DNA of 63,856 nucleotides, the filler included, from Octopus bimaculoides (lineage: Eukaryota), in the NCBI RefSeq assembly GCF_001194135.2. It is 7 parts of 7 records of this genome, joined end to end, with 100 filler letters (N's around TTAATTAATTAA, not from the genome) between each part and the next. Parts side by side here need not be neighbours in the genome. Positions count along the whole stretch, not along the records: positions 28,593 to 36,449 come from NC_068998.1; positions 36,550 to 44,530 come from NC_068982.1; positions 44,631 to 55,952 come from NC_068997.1; 4 more parts are not named here. The stretch is one strand, 5' to 3'. Shown here in pieces: positions 36,386-49,955 of the stretch; the first letter of the stretch is position 1, and each line of letters opens with the position of its first letter. The notes under the pieces were generated by a model. The model saw only the letters and a list, made by a program, of their open reading frames with translations, did no database searches and was not told where the DNA came from. The position numbers and the translations under genes were made by a program.

Positions 36386-36584
36386 ATTTCTTTATTACCC
36401 ATAAAGGGCTACACAAAGAATTTTTTTTAAGACACCACTAAACATAAAGNNNNNNNNNNNNNNNNNNNNNNNNNNNNNNNNNNNNNNNNNNNNTTAATTA
36501 ATTAANNNNNNNNNNNNNNNNNNNNNNNNNNNNNNNNNNNNNNNNNNNNTATATATATATATATATATATATATTAGAACAAGG

Positions 36585-36910
36585 CCATAATTTCACAATA
36601 AAAACTAATTTTACATGTGCATCGGAGAACTTAATCTACCTAATTACATGCTCTGGATGCAAACGGAAATATATTGGACACTAAAAACAGCCTACGTCAG
36701 AGGATGGCGGTACACAAATCCCAAATTAGGATCCCGGAAAATAGGAAAATACCTCTCAGCCAGCACATCGACGAATGTGCTTACAACAAATTTCCCAAAT
36801 TCACGTTTCCACTATACAAATTCAAAGACAATGCTAGCCAAAATGAACGTATTAGCAAGGAAATATTTTTCATAAGAAAATACCGACCAAGTCCAAATTC
36901 TGTAAACTAG
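36585..36910 (+). mobile_element. Penelope-like GIY-YIG endonuclease fragment
   Basis: Across a frameshift it reads NLIYLITCSGCKRKYIGH, then TKNSLRQRMAVHKSQIR..LSQHIDEC..ERISKEIFFIRKY. Confidence 0.8.
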
Positions 36911-37047
36911 CAACACTGAGTCTTTCATATATGTTTTTATATATTTATATTTATATGTGGAAGTTATTCATAAGAAATAAACAAAGGGGATCGAAGAACC
37001 CGATTTCTGTTAAAACCATAGGGGAAACAACTTTACCACGACGACTC

Positions 37048-39595
37048 CTACTACTACTACTACAGCATTTGGAGTTAGTGCATGTGCAGATTTGTATATT
37101 TTACTTTTTGTATGTATTTTCATGCATATAGTTGTATGTCTAGACATGACCATATATACTTAACTTCTGGAAAGTTTAACTGATTTTTACATTTTCTGTG
37201 ATGGCTTGAATCTGTAGCTTTCGAATCAGCTTTCTCCTTCCTGCTTTTGAGAAGCCTAATTTCTCAAGATTGGCATTTAGGCAGTGTTACATATCCCAGT
37301 GCCCCAATAATTACAGGTATAAATCTGAACTTGTAATCTGGATACAGTAACTGCATATTTCTCAATAGTTCAGCATAGCTATTCTTTTTTTCACTAATCT
37401 TCAGCTTTATGTTAACATTCGCTGGGCTGCTAATTTCCACAACAGTACACAGTTTCTCTTCTCTGTACCAAATTACTATGTCAAGTCTTTTGTGCTTACA
37501 TTTTACTGAGGTTTTCATTGGGGCGTTCCATCAGTACTCCTTACTACGAGTGGCTAAGACTTTTACAAAACTACAGTTTCTTATTTCTTTGGCCTCGGGG
37601 TTATGCTTCCGACGGATTTCATTACAGAGTGTCCTAGCTACAACGTCATGNNNNNNNNNNNNNNNNNNNNNNNNNNNNNNNNNNNNNNNNNNNNNNNNNN
37701 NNNNNNNNNNNNNNNNNNNNNNNNNNNNNNNNNNNNNNNNNNNNNNNNNNNNNNNNNNNNNNNNNNNNNNNNNNNNNNNNNNNNNNNNNNNNNNNNNNNN
37801 NNNNNNNNNNNNNNNNNNNNNNNNNNNNNNNNNNNNNNNNNNNNNNNNNNNNNNNNNNNNNNNNNNNNNNNNNNNNNNNNNNNNNNNNNNNNNNNNNNNN
37901 NNNNNNNNNNNNNNNNNNNNNNNNNNNNNNNNNNNNNNNNNNNNNNNNNNNNNNNNNNNNNNNNNNNNNNNNNNNNNNNNNNNNNNNNNNNNNNNNNNNN
38001 NNNNNNNNNNNNNNNNNNNNNNNNNNNNNNNNNNNNNNNNNNNNNNNNNNGATTGATGTTATTATCATCATGGAGCTTTCTAGTAACATATCCATGCATA
38101 GTCTTCTGCTCATAATAGGCTCATCCTTTCATCTGATGATACGTTGCAGTAGAGTTGTGCGACTTCTTTGGGCATGTATTCTAGGTTATCAGACAAAGAG
38201 TGTTGTTCAAAGAGCTGCCTTTCATATTATCAGCCTCATGTATGCAAACTTGGTCAAGAGATGCACTTCGACACTTGGTGGTTAAAAGATGTTGCCGAAG
38301 GGATATGATGCGACATTCAAAGGCATTTTGGGTCGATGTTAAGCCTTGTTTTCGTTTTAGGTAGTGGCGTCTACATCATTGTTTATGTGGAAATTATGTG
38401 TGCTTGTTAGTATTTTTCGTGTTCTCACATCAATGGCTCAGATCTCATCAAACGTACATTCAAGCAGTCCAAATGTTGATATGAGTACTGGCACTGCAAA
38501 CACATTGTGGGCCACTCTTTTATTGAATGCAGATAATTCTGAGGTCCAAATTTTCTTTATTCGACTAATATTCTTTAGTGACACGTGTTTTGTTATAGGT
38601 GCCACTGTAAGATATATTTTCATCCACCCCTAGATACCTGTAACATTCCTCATATAGAGGAAACAGTCGAATCCTTAATGGAGATGTTACTAGGCGGTTT
38701 ATAGTTTTCCCTCTTTTCACAGCCATATAACATTTATCCTGACCAAACTCCAATCCTACATCTTTTGAGGATGTTGTAACTAGGTCAAGGCTCTTTTTCA
38801 TCTCATGCATATTCTTTGCATAAAGTTTTAAGTCAACCACAAAGAAACAATGTGTAATTTTTGTATTTCTGTATCCAGTGGGATATCCTTCAGACTTCCT
38901 TCACATGAATGACAAGGGGTTTACAGAAAGTATAAACAACATCACAGAGAGGCTGACTCCTTGGAATATGCCTTTGCAATACTGTATTCTATCGGTGATA
39001 ATACATCCAGTCTTTGTGTTTAATTTCAAGATGGTAACCCACGATGAAGTCAGGTCAGCTATGGCTTTGACTATGATCACTGGAACTTTAGCAAGTTGAA
39101 AGACTTCTAGCATCCATGAGTGGGGAATAGAGTCAAAGGCTTTCTTGTAGTCTAGCCACATTGAAACTAGGTTCCTCCTATGCTCTCGCTCCTCTGACAT
39201 AACAATTTTGTTGATTAAAAATTGCTCGGCACATCCCCAGACCCCCTTCTTCCCAGCTGCTTGATCTGCTGTGATAATGTTGTTGGTTTCATAATGGTCT
39301 TGGTGGAAGAGGTTTAAACATGTTGTATATATCTTATACATTAAGTTCTGGCATACAGTTGGCCGGTAGTCTTTTGCAATGTGGGTGTTTCTGCATTTGG
39401 GGATCAATTTTGTCTCTGCCAGAGCTAACCAGTGTGGTATGCTATTGTTCTTAATGAAAGCTTGCTGGTACAGATTGATAAGATATGGTCGGAAGAATGT
39501 TAGTTTCTTGTACCAATATCCAACAATCAAGTCTCTTCCAGGTGCTTTTCCATTCTGGAGTTTCTGGATCATAATTACAAGGGTTTCACCATCGA
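37048..39595 (-). mobile_element. R4/Dong-clade non-LTR retrotransposon (RT plus restriction-like endonuclease), 5'-truncated
   Basis: RT: KAPGRDLIVGYWYK, YRPTVCQNLMYK, WLDYKKAFDSIPHSW, GIFQGVSLS. RLE: KRLDIVIWYREEKLCTVVEIS..IPVIIGALG. 3' (TAG)n tail. Interrupted by a gap. Confidence 0.9.
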
Positions 39596-39748
39596 TGTTG
39601 TATGTATGTATGCATGTATGTATGTATGTATGTATGTATGTATGTATGTATGTATGCATATGTATGTATGTATGTATGTATGTATACACACCTATGTATG
39701 TATGCATGCATGTAAGTATATATGTATCTAGATCGACCAATCCATAGG

Positions 39749-39815
<67 letters not shown>
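39596..39815. repeat. Compound (TATG)n / (TAGA)n microsatellite
   Basis: Direct reading. Confidence 0.95.
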
Positions 39816-40027
39816 CCGTGAGTAAGAAAAATATACTTTAACCTTCCAGCTTCCACCCATCTAGGATCTAGTCTTTCTCATTCGCAAAATGAGACCTCTT
39901 AATTTTGCTCAGATTCCTTGTATCGATGCAACTCTGAATTTTGATTACGATCAACCAATTACTTTATTTCGTAAATTAAAGAATCTGATGTTATTTGGAA
40001 TTAAAGTTGGAAAATTTGGGAAATTTT

Positions 40028-40075
40028 AGCCAATCAAAAGACAGCGTAGCATTAGTAGCTTGTAACCATGACAAC
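40028..40075 (+). promoter_or_regulatory. Candidate NF-Y CCAAT box plus near-consensus RFX X-box
   Basis: AGCCAATCA at 40028-40036 and GTAACCATGACAAC at 40062-40075. Confidence 0.25.
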
Positions 40076-42494
40076 CACGCGCTGTGTTCTGGTTCACTGT
40101 TGTCTGTGCCGTTGTTGTCTATGTTGATTTTTTACACTTGATTCTTCACATCACGAGGTTCTTTTAACCTGCGTGTTTTCTTTTAATTTTTCTGTGCGTT
40201 AGTATATTACATATTTTACTGTGCTTTTTTCTGTTAGCATTTTTACATATTTTTAGTTCAATATATTCTTGGGACCCATTGACTCAGATAGCTGCATTTA
40301 TGATTTCACTATGTTAATTCTGTTCATGAAAATTTAAATTAGGAGCATTTCTTAAACCGTTAGCTTCACATTCCAATAACTTAACTGAAATTTAGCCCAC
40401 GTAACAGGAACTGAGAGGGATATCGTGGAACAGAGAAACTGTGGGTGATACAGATAATTTGACATTATCCCTGAATTTTACATGCAAAAACATATGAGAT
40501 ACAGGTATTCTTTTTCTTGGGACAAATTCTTTGTTGACCAGTGTTATTCTTATTGTAGTTTACAAATTCAAGCATGAATACGTTACTCAACTTTGGAGTT
40601 TTGGAGACAGACGCCTTCTTCGCACAAGCACACACACACAGATGAATGCGTAAATGTACATATAAACTTATATATGAATACATACATCCACATGCACTTA
40701 TATATTAATGATGTACACAAATACATGACAGGTAATCATAATACTGAAGTACGCATAAAGTAAACACATGCAGACAAATATATTGATATAACAAATTTAA
40801 AAATAATAATAAAACTATACAATCAATGAAGAGACAAAAGAAACAGTAAGATGATACATGTTGATTTTATTAAGTATTTCTGTTTATTTAGAAACCTACA
40901 ATGAACAAGTCAGACGCTAAACTCTAAATTTCACAGGGTACAGCCTTAAAGTTGACACCGCTCTGCTAGTCTCGCTATTAGCTAAAAATATACAGTTTTT
41001 TTTCAATTTTTAAACATCTGTAACTTTTTTCTCCATTTTGTTTCTCCATTTTGTTTCTCCACAACGTCATCCCTTCAAAGCAATGAGACTGGAAGGCTAC
41101 ATTATTATAACCGATTTTCAGATATTTTATTGTCTTTTAAAAAATGCATATTTTGCGAATGAAAAAACCTGGGTCCCCCATCTATTTCACACGTACTTGG
41201 TAATCTGAACAAGATAATGAGTTACTGAGAATGGGAGAAGTGAAGTGGTTGGAGTGGGGGTTCTGGTTGCAATTTGTTAGTCAGTTGACTAACAAATATG
41301 GACAATGTAGAAAGACGTTATTTCATTGAAGAGCTGTTGTGGCCTGTGTCCTCAGATACATGTGAGCTTTGAAAGATTTTGATATTATTCCTGACTGAGC
41401 CGATCTATAAGGCAAAACGTTCTAGTTGTGACCAACCTGTCTTTTTCGCTCTCTAAAACGAATGACAGACTATATTAAATATATCCTGGTTTAATACAAT
41501 TGGGTTTGTTTTAAATGTAATTTGACTGTTATGTCCAACAGGACGAAGCCACAATGGTTGGTGTGATGGGAGAAGATTCAGTAGTTGTGGTAGTAGTAAT
41601 GGTAGTGTGAAGGTAGCAAGATTGATCTAAGCAATAGTTGTGGTGTTAGAGGAGTAGGTAGATGGCGGGGTGCGCAATGTGTATTGGTAGGTAGATGGTG
41701 AAGTAGGTAAGTAGATAGGCCGGGTGTCGAGGATAGTGGTCCGATGGTAGATAAGTAGAGAGGTTGGCAAGTACGTGGGGGCGGGGGTAGGGACGGGAGG
41801 AGAGAAAAGACCAGGTGATAGATAGGTAGTCTGGTACATACGCTAGTATGCTTGGGTAGGTAAGGTAATCGGGTGGGATCCAGTGACAGTGGGGTGAGAG
41901 ACGTAGTACAAGTAGAAGCGAGATAAGAGGGAGGAAGAGAAGGAGGAGGAAGAGCAGGAGGAGCAGGAGGAAAAGAGTTATTTAAGTAGATGGGTGGAAG
42001 TACGGGCGGGTGGGTAGTTAGGTAATTAGAATTAGATGGGTTGATAGATAAGTGGGTATGTGGGTAGGTAGGCGTGTAACGAGGGGAGATGGGATATGTC
42101 TAATCCCTCGTTAACCCTTTATTAATCTCCCTCGCCGTCCATACGATCGACTCTCCAACCCTTTTGGTTCCTCCCCACCCCTAAATACTACTTCAGCACC
42201 ACTGCCACCACCACTAACGCCACCACGGCTTATAATTTCTTACTACAACCCCCGCCTTTCACCCCAGAAGTATTAACACCGTCACCATCTCCACTGCAGT
42301 GAACCGTCTGTATCATTAGTAAACCTACCACCACCACCACAGCAACAACAACAACAACAACAGCAACGTCAATCACTTGCACCAATGTGAAAACATATAG
42401 GTGGTTGCCAAGCTTGCTAGAAATAGCAACCATATTTCCTTCGAATCCTACTTTATCAACTTAAATAAAAGCAAAAAGGACTCTGAGATTAATG

Positions 42495-42675
42495 CGTCTT
42501 ACTTGTCTCAGTCATTAGGCTGCGGCCATGCTAAAGCAGCGCCTTAGAGAATTTTTAACTGAATGAATCGACCCCAGTACTTATTTTTTAAAGCCTGTTA
42601 TTTGTTCTGTTGGAACCTTTGGTCGAACCGCTAATTTACAGGGATGTAACACTAGTTGTGAAGCGGCGGTGGGGG
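42495..42675 (-). mobile_element. SINE family A, 3' half
   Basis: Reverse complement of the tail (TTACTTGTCTCAGTCATTAGGCTGCGGCCATGC). Confidence 0.8.
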
Positions 42676-42685
42676 ACATCCTCAA

Positions 42686-42764
<79 letters not shown>

Positions 42765-43162
42765 ATATCTACGACCACCATCCCGTTACTATTCCCATGA
42801 TGATCACCACGGCGGCAGCCCGTATTTTGTAGTTTCCTTAAATGTTCCCACTTACATCCATCCTCCCACCGACGCTCATTAAAGCGTGTTAAATACGGAC
42901 CTTGAATGGTATTAAAGCACCCACCGTCACCATCATTCAATACACCCGACCGCCACCCTGGTGTACTCCAGCCCATCCTATCAATAGCCACACCACCCAC
43001 CACCTCCTGAAGTAGACCCCACCCTCCGATGTACCGCCACCACTGTCCATTACTAACGCCTCCACCGGTACTACCTCACCCCTCTACCCCAGTTACCCAC
43101 CTACTCACCGAGGACCCCACCTGCTGTACTTTTAAGATGTTACCACCACTACCGCACTTCAA

Positions 43163-43207
<45 letters not shown>

Positions 43208-43557
43208 CACTACCACTACCACCACCAGTATGAAGCTTCAGCAATACCACTCTCATTACTACTACTACTACTACTACTACTACTACCATTACCAATGCTA
43301 AATGCAACTTTATCTGGTGGACTGTTCTGCTAAAAATAGCAACCACATTTACTTTAAATCATCCTTAACTGCTCCACCTCCCGACTCTCCTCTTAGGTTC
43401 TCACATATTAAGGAGGAAGAGAAAAATCAAAACCTATAGGCTACCATACTGCGCACCAAATGAAGAACGACTGTATTAAGTGGTTATGGTAGCGGTCACT
43501 GTAATTCTTAGCCAGGCGATCACAGCTAACCGTTCGATTCCCCCGTGCCCTATTTCT

Positions 43558-43789
43558 TATTTCTTTATTGCCCACAAGGAGCTAAACATAGAGGGAACAT
43601 ACAAGGACAGACAAAGGTATTAAGACTATTACATCGACCCAGTGCATAACTGGTACTTAATTTATCGACCCCGAAAGGATGAAAGGCAAAGCCGACCGCG
43701 GCGGAATTTGAACTCAGAACGTAACGGCAGATGAAATACCGATAAGCATTTCGCCCGGCATGCTAACGTTTCTGCCAGCTCGCTGCCTT
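43558..43789 (-). mobile_element. SINE family B with 15-bp flanking direct repeat and alternative tail
   Basis: CCGTGCCCTATTTCT occurs at 43543-43557 and 43799-43813. Confidence 0.9.
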
Positions 43790-44221
43790 GTTTCTGTTCC
43801 GTGCCCTATTTCTAATCGATAAAGGCTCCTCATCTGTGTTAAACAACATCAACATTACCATACAGTAAACCACAATCATCAGTACTTCTACCTTTAATCA
43901 TGCCGTGGGTACCTTGGATGAAATTTCCTCAACACCACCGCTGTAATCAACATTAAACGGAAGTGTTTATATTCTATTCTGCTTCAATACTTGCAACGTA
44001 AGATGAAGAAAACTGTGCAAGGCCAACTGATAGTGATCTGCCGAGTCAAAAGTGAAATTGGTAAGTTTCGATAAATCGAATTTGACTCTTCGTCCAGAAT
44101 GAAGAAAGAAAAGAATGTGCGTATATTTCATTTTTAATATACTGAAAATTGTTTATTTCAAGACTTAGGTTTTAAGAATAGCATTTTTTTTTAGCATTTT
44201 TATTATTAAAAAGAGAAAAAT

Positions 44222-44490
44222 AGCGAGCTTGCCGTTAGCATACCGGACAAAATGCTTAGCAACATTTCTTCTGGCTTCAAGGCGGCGAGCTGGCAGATTC
44301 ATAAGCACGCTGGGCAAAATGCTTAGCGGCATTTCGTCCGTCCTTACATCTTGAGTTCAAATGTCGCCGAGGTCGACTTTACCTTTCATTCATTTCGGAG
44401 TCGATAAAATAAGTACCAATTGATCATTGGGGGTCGATGTTATCGACTTACCTACTTACCCGATCTTGGGGCCAGAGTGTCAACATTTGA
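44222..44490 (+). mobile_element. SINE family B with duplicated head
   Basis: GCGAGCTTGCCGTTAGCATACCGGACAAAATGCTTAGC, then AGGCGGCGAGCTGGCAG and a full unit. Confidence 0.85.
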
Positions 44491-44630
44491 AGTCGACTTT
44501 TCTTCTAGCTTTTTATGTCTTTTTTTTTTTNNNNNNNNNNNNNNNNNNNNNNNNNNNNNNNNNNNNNNNNNNNNTTAATTAATTAANNNNNNNNNNNNNN
44601 NNNNNNNNNNNNNNNNNNNNNNNNNNNNNN

Positions 44631-44673
<43 letters not shown>

Positions 44674-47600
44674 ATGTATGTATGTTTGTATGTATGTATG
44701 TATGTATATGTATGTATGTATATGTACTCACATTTACTTCCACGGTGAAATGTGTGTACGCATATATTATATAGACAAGGAAGACATTGAGAATTTATGA
44801 ATTATATAATGTTACCATGTTATACTTATGCGTATATATTTATTTGATATGTGTGTGTATATGTCGACGTGAATGCACGTTTGTGTATATGTGCGTGTGT
44901 GTACGGGTGTGCGTGTGCTTCTACGAGTGTGTGTGTTTGCGTCCACGTTTATGTGTGCGAGTGGACGTTTCTGTAGTTATCTGTCATGTGTGTATGTTTG
45001 TTTATACGTGAGCGTGTGTGCACGTGCATCAGTGTCTAAGTGTGTGTCACTGTTTGCATGTGTCTCTTCGTAAAGTGTCTCCTTTTCCTTTTCTCCTCAC
45101 CATGCATATATTTATGTGTGTGTCTACGTATGCATGTACATGTATTTGTGTCTTTCTGTGACCGTGTGTGTATGTATTTGAATGTGTGTGTGAGTCTGCT
45201 ACGTGTGTGTATGCTCCTATGAGTGTGTGACTGAGTTTTAATCTTCTATGTATGTATAAATGAATGTATATATATATATATATATATATGTATGCATGCA
45301 TGAATGTATGTATGTATGTATGTATGCATGAATGTATAAATGTGTGTAGGTGTATGAATGTATGTTTGCATGTATATAGACAGATAGGGAGAGAGAGAGA
45401 GGGAGACACGGAAGGAGAAAGACGCACACACACACATATCCATGTGTATGCGTGTGTGTGCGTGAGAGAGAGTGTGTTTGTGTGTGTGTTTGTGTGTGTG
45501 TGTGTGAGTGAGTGTGTGTTTGTGTGTGCGTGTGCGTGCGTGCGTGTGTGAGAGGGCGCGTATGTGTAATTTTGCCTGTATGCGCTTGTACGTGTTAGTG
45601 TGTGCGCGTGTGTTTGCTCGTGTAATACAGATATTTATGTACGCAATAAAACTACTTTATTCTCGCTTGAGGATAGCAGTTTCTACACACCTATTTGAAG
45701 TATTCTTGCCAACCTTTGTTTCCTTTCCATTTCCATTTTTCACTTCATCTTTGCCTCGCTATTATTACCATAATCCACCGATTTTTCATAAGCAGACGAT
45801 CGGTCTGGGCCCCCGCCATTGCACGACGCCGCCGAGCGGCCGGTAACAAAACCTCTACCTCTTACAACGGGGCAGGTTGCTGGATGGTTGGTTGGCTGGC
45901 TGGCAAACTGGCCCCTTAGGGACGGGAAGAGGGAAGACGGGGGGGACGACTTTGAACAGGCAAACAAGGCCTGCTTTTTGTCTGTAAGTTTGAAGAATTG
46001 CCACCTTTAATAGATCCGGACAGATGAAGTCATTTGAAAACAAACAGGTTCGGAAGAAAGAAAATGAAGTAACAACAGCAACAAAAACCAATGGTGGTGG
46101 TGGTGGTGGTGGTGGCAATAATTAGGGGGAAGAAGGGGGTAATGGTGGCATTGCGTTTGAATGAATTGAGTTGTCCCTTGGTGGCAGAATGGTGCATTCT
46201 GGTGTTGGTATGCAAAATAACAGGAATGCTAGTTGTTGGTGTTGTTGCTACTGCCGTTGTTGTTGTTGTTGTTGTCGGCGTCGCTGGTTTGTCGCTTAGG
46301 TGGTGACGTTGGCGGTGATGGCAGTGGTGTTGGTGGTAGTGGTGGTGGTAGTTGGGGTGGAGGTGGGGGTTCGTCGTCGTCGTCGTCATCCTCGTATTCG
46401 TAATGATCGTTATCGTGTTGATGGTAGCGGTGGATGGTTATGGTGGTGGTGGTGGTGGTGGTGGTGGTGATGTTGATGGTGATGTGTAGGTCGCGAAGGT
46501 AGTGGGATAACGNNNNNNNNNNNNNNNNNNNNNNNNNNNNNNNNNNNNNNNNNNNNNNNNNNNNNNNNNNNNNNNNNNNNNNNNNNNNNNNNNNNNNNNN
46601 NNNNNNNNNNNNNNNNNNNNNNNNNNNNNNNNNNNNNNNNNNNNNNNNNNNNNNNNNNNNNNNNNNNNNNNNNNNNNNNNNNNNNNNNNNNNNNNNNNNN
46701 NNNNNNNNNNNNNNNNNNNNNNNNNNNNNNNNNNNNNNNNNNNNNNNNNNNNNNNNNNNNNNNNNNNNNNNNNNNNNNNNNNNNNNNNNNNNNNNNNNNN
46801 NNNNNNNNNNNNNNNNNNNNNNNNNNNNNNNNNNNNNNNNNNNNNNNNNNNNNNNNNNNNNNNNNNNNNNNNNNNNNNNNNNNNNNNNNNNNNNNNNNNN
46901 NNNNNNNNNNNNNNNNNNNNNNNNNNNNNNNNNNNNNNNNNNNNNNNNNNNNNNNNNNNNNNNNNNNNNNNNNNNNNNNNNNNNNNNNNNNNNNNNNNNN
47001 NNNNNNNNNNNNNNNNNNNNNNNNNNNNNNNNNNNNNNNNNNNNNNNNNNNNNNNNNNNNNNNNNNNNNNNNNNNNNNNNNNNNNNNNNNNNNNNNNNNN
47101 NNNNNNNNNNNNNNNNNNNNNNNNNNNNNNNNNNNNNNNNNNNNNNNNNNNNNNNNNNNNNNNNNNNNNNNNNNNNNNNNNNNNNNNNNNNNNNNNNNNN
47201 NNNNNNNNNNNNNNNNNNNNNNNNNNNNNNNNNNNNNNNNNNNNNNNNNNNNNNNNNNNNNNNNNNNNNNNNNNNNNNNNNNNNNNNNNNNNNNNNNNNN
47301 NNNNNNNNNNNNNNNNNNNNNNNNNNNNNNNNNNNNNNNNNNNNNNNNNNNNNNNNNNNNNNNNNNNNNNNNNNNNNNNNNNNNNNNNNNNNNNNNNNNN
47401 NNNNNNNNNNNNNNNNNNNNNNNNNNNNNNNNNNNNGGTGGTGGTGGTCTTAGTATAGTGATAGTGGTGGAGATGGAAGTGGTGGGAGTAGCAGTCGCAG
47501 TGATGTTGGTAACGGTATTGATGGTAGTGGTGTATGTGGTAATAGTGATGGCAGGTGCGGTTGTTTAGGTGGTAAGGGCGGCGATGATGTTGATAGTTAT

Positions 47601-48244
47601 GCTAGTGATAATGATGGTAGGGGTGGTGATGGCGGCGGCGGCGGCGGTGGTGGTGGTGGTAATGTTGTTCGTGGCAGAAATGAATATTTGCTGTAGCTTT
47701 CCCCTAGGGCACACCTGATGAAGTAACTTATGATCTGAGGCGTCCCAGCCATGACCAGTCCGCACATCTAATCCAGGATCACATTTTCCAGTACGTCGTT
47801 TAAAAAAGCCAAGTGCCTAACTTGACGGTGATTTGGCTTCTATTTCTAGCAGCTCATGCGATTCTCCTTAATCTGCGATGGTGTTGGTGGTGGTGGTGGT
47901 TTTGGCAGTTTTTGGTGAATATAATTGCTGTTATTGTTGCTATGGCTGTTGCTATGCGAGGTAGCAATGGTGATAGTAGCGATGGTGATGATTATAGCTG
48001 TTGTTATTCAACCCCAGGTCAGTAATGGTCGAGTACGCCTGAGATCAAAGGCGTTCCTTCTATGACCATCTCTTCCGTTACTCAAAACACTGTATCAATG
48101 ACCATATCATACAAACTGTCTTAAGATAGAATATCATGTGACAGGGATTTGGCTGTTATTTCTAGTAGATCGAACAACTACATAGAAGCTTCCTCATTAA
48201 GCTCACATTTTTCTTACGCTGCTATTGTTATTATTTTGCCCCAG

Positions 48245-48468
48245 GAAGAGCGGCAAGATGGCAGAAGCGTTAGCACGCCGGGCGAAATGCTTAGCGGTAT
48301 CTCGTCTGCCGTTACGTTCTGAGTTCAAATTCCGCCGAGGTCGACTTTGCCTTTCATCCTTTCGGGAGTCGATAAATTAAGTACCAGTTGCGTACTGGGG
48401 TCGATCTAATCGACTGGACCTCTCCCCACAAAATTTCAGGCCTTCTGCCTAGAGTAGAAAGGATTATT
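48245..48468 (+). mobile_element. SINE family B, low-divergence copy
   Basis: CpG-rich intact unit with B box GAGTTCAAATTCC. Confidence 0.9.
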
Positions 48469-49905
48469 TAGTCGGTCAGACCTGTNNNNNNNNNNNNNNN
48501 NNNNNNNNNNNNNNNNNNNNNNNNNNNNNNNNNNNNNNNNNNNNNNNNNNNNNNNNNNNNNNNNNNNNNNNNNNNNNNNNNNNNNNNNNNNNNNNNNNNN
48601 NNNNNNNNNNNNNNNNNNNNNNNNNNNNNNNNNNNNNNNNNNNNNNNNNNNNNNNNNNNNNNNNNNNNNNNNNNNNNNNNNNNNNNNNNNNNNNNNNNNN
48701 NNNNNNNNNNNNNNNNNNNNNNNNNNNNNNNNNNNNNNNNNNNNNNNNNNNNNNNNNNNNNNNNNNNNNNNNNNNNNNNNNNNNNNNNNNNNNNNNNNNN
48801 NNNNNNNNNNNNNNNNNNNNNNNNNNNNNNNNNNNNNNNNNNNNNNNNNNNNNNNNNNNNNNNNNNNNNNNNNNNNNNNNNNNNNNNNNNNNNNNNNNNN
48901 NNNNNNNNNNNNNNNNNNNNNNNNNNNNNNNNNNNNNNNNNNNNNNNNNNNNNNNNNNNNNNNNNNNNNNNNNNNNNNNNNNNNNNNNNNNNNNNNNNNN
49001 NNNNNNNNNNNNNNNNNNNNNNNNNNNNNNNNNNNNNNNNNNNNNNNNNNNNNNNNNNNNNNNNNNNNNNNNNNNNNNNNNNNNNNNNNNNNNNNNNNNN
49101 NNNNNNNNNNNNNNNNNNNNNNNNNNNNNNNNNNNNNNNNNNNNNNNNNNNNNNNNNNNNNNNNNNNNNNNNNNNNNNNNNNNNNNNNNNNNNNNCCCCC
49201 CCCGGAAGAGGAATGTTGCGAGTAAAAATCACTGTTTTTTGTTTTTTCATTCAACATTTGTCTATTTATTAACGAAGTCTCATCCAGTTGTTAAACATAA
49301 ATAAATCTTGGAATTATATGGTTTGGGTTTACTGTTAGGTTACTTTTGGTCAACCCTGTGGGTGTATATATACGACCATACTGAATTTTCGATGGACTTT
49401 TCTTATGTAGCTGTGCATAGGTGTCACGCAATGGGAACAATATGAGACTGTAAGCAGTGACAGCACTATAAAACTAACGACTGCTTCGCAAGCTTCCAGT
49501 TGGCCATGTTCAACTTCTGCTTGGGGAATGATTTCGAGTTACGTCAGTTCACCTCAATTAATCCCCGATACGAAATTTCCAGCGTTGTTACTACGATCCA
49601 CCAACTTATGGATCGACTCAACACTCCAATTAGGAACCTCTGTTACGGAAACACTAAAATATGCTTATACAAGTCTAGACATATTGATTTCGTTTGACGA
49701 TATAGATAAAAACCGAAACAAAAATCTATATTTATTTTTAGGATAGAAATAAATAAGAGAAGATGACCGTTAAACCGTTTAAAATAGCACCAGCGACACT
49801 TCTGTTTTGTTCTTTAACCCCTGGTCAATTCCAGTCGAGCTTATCTTTGGCACGTAGCTTGTCAGCAGTTTGATAGCTACTCGGTGCCCAATCACAAGCA
49901 TTCCG

Positions 49906-49955
<50 letters not shown>

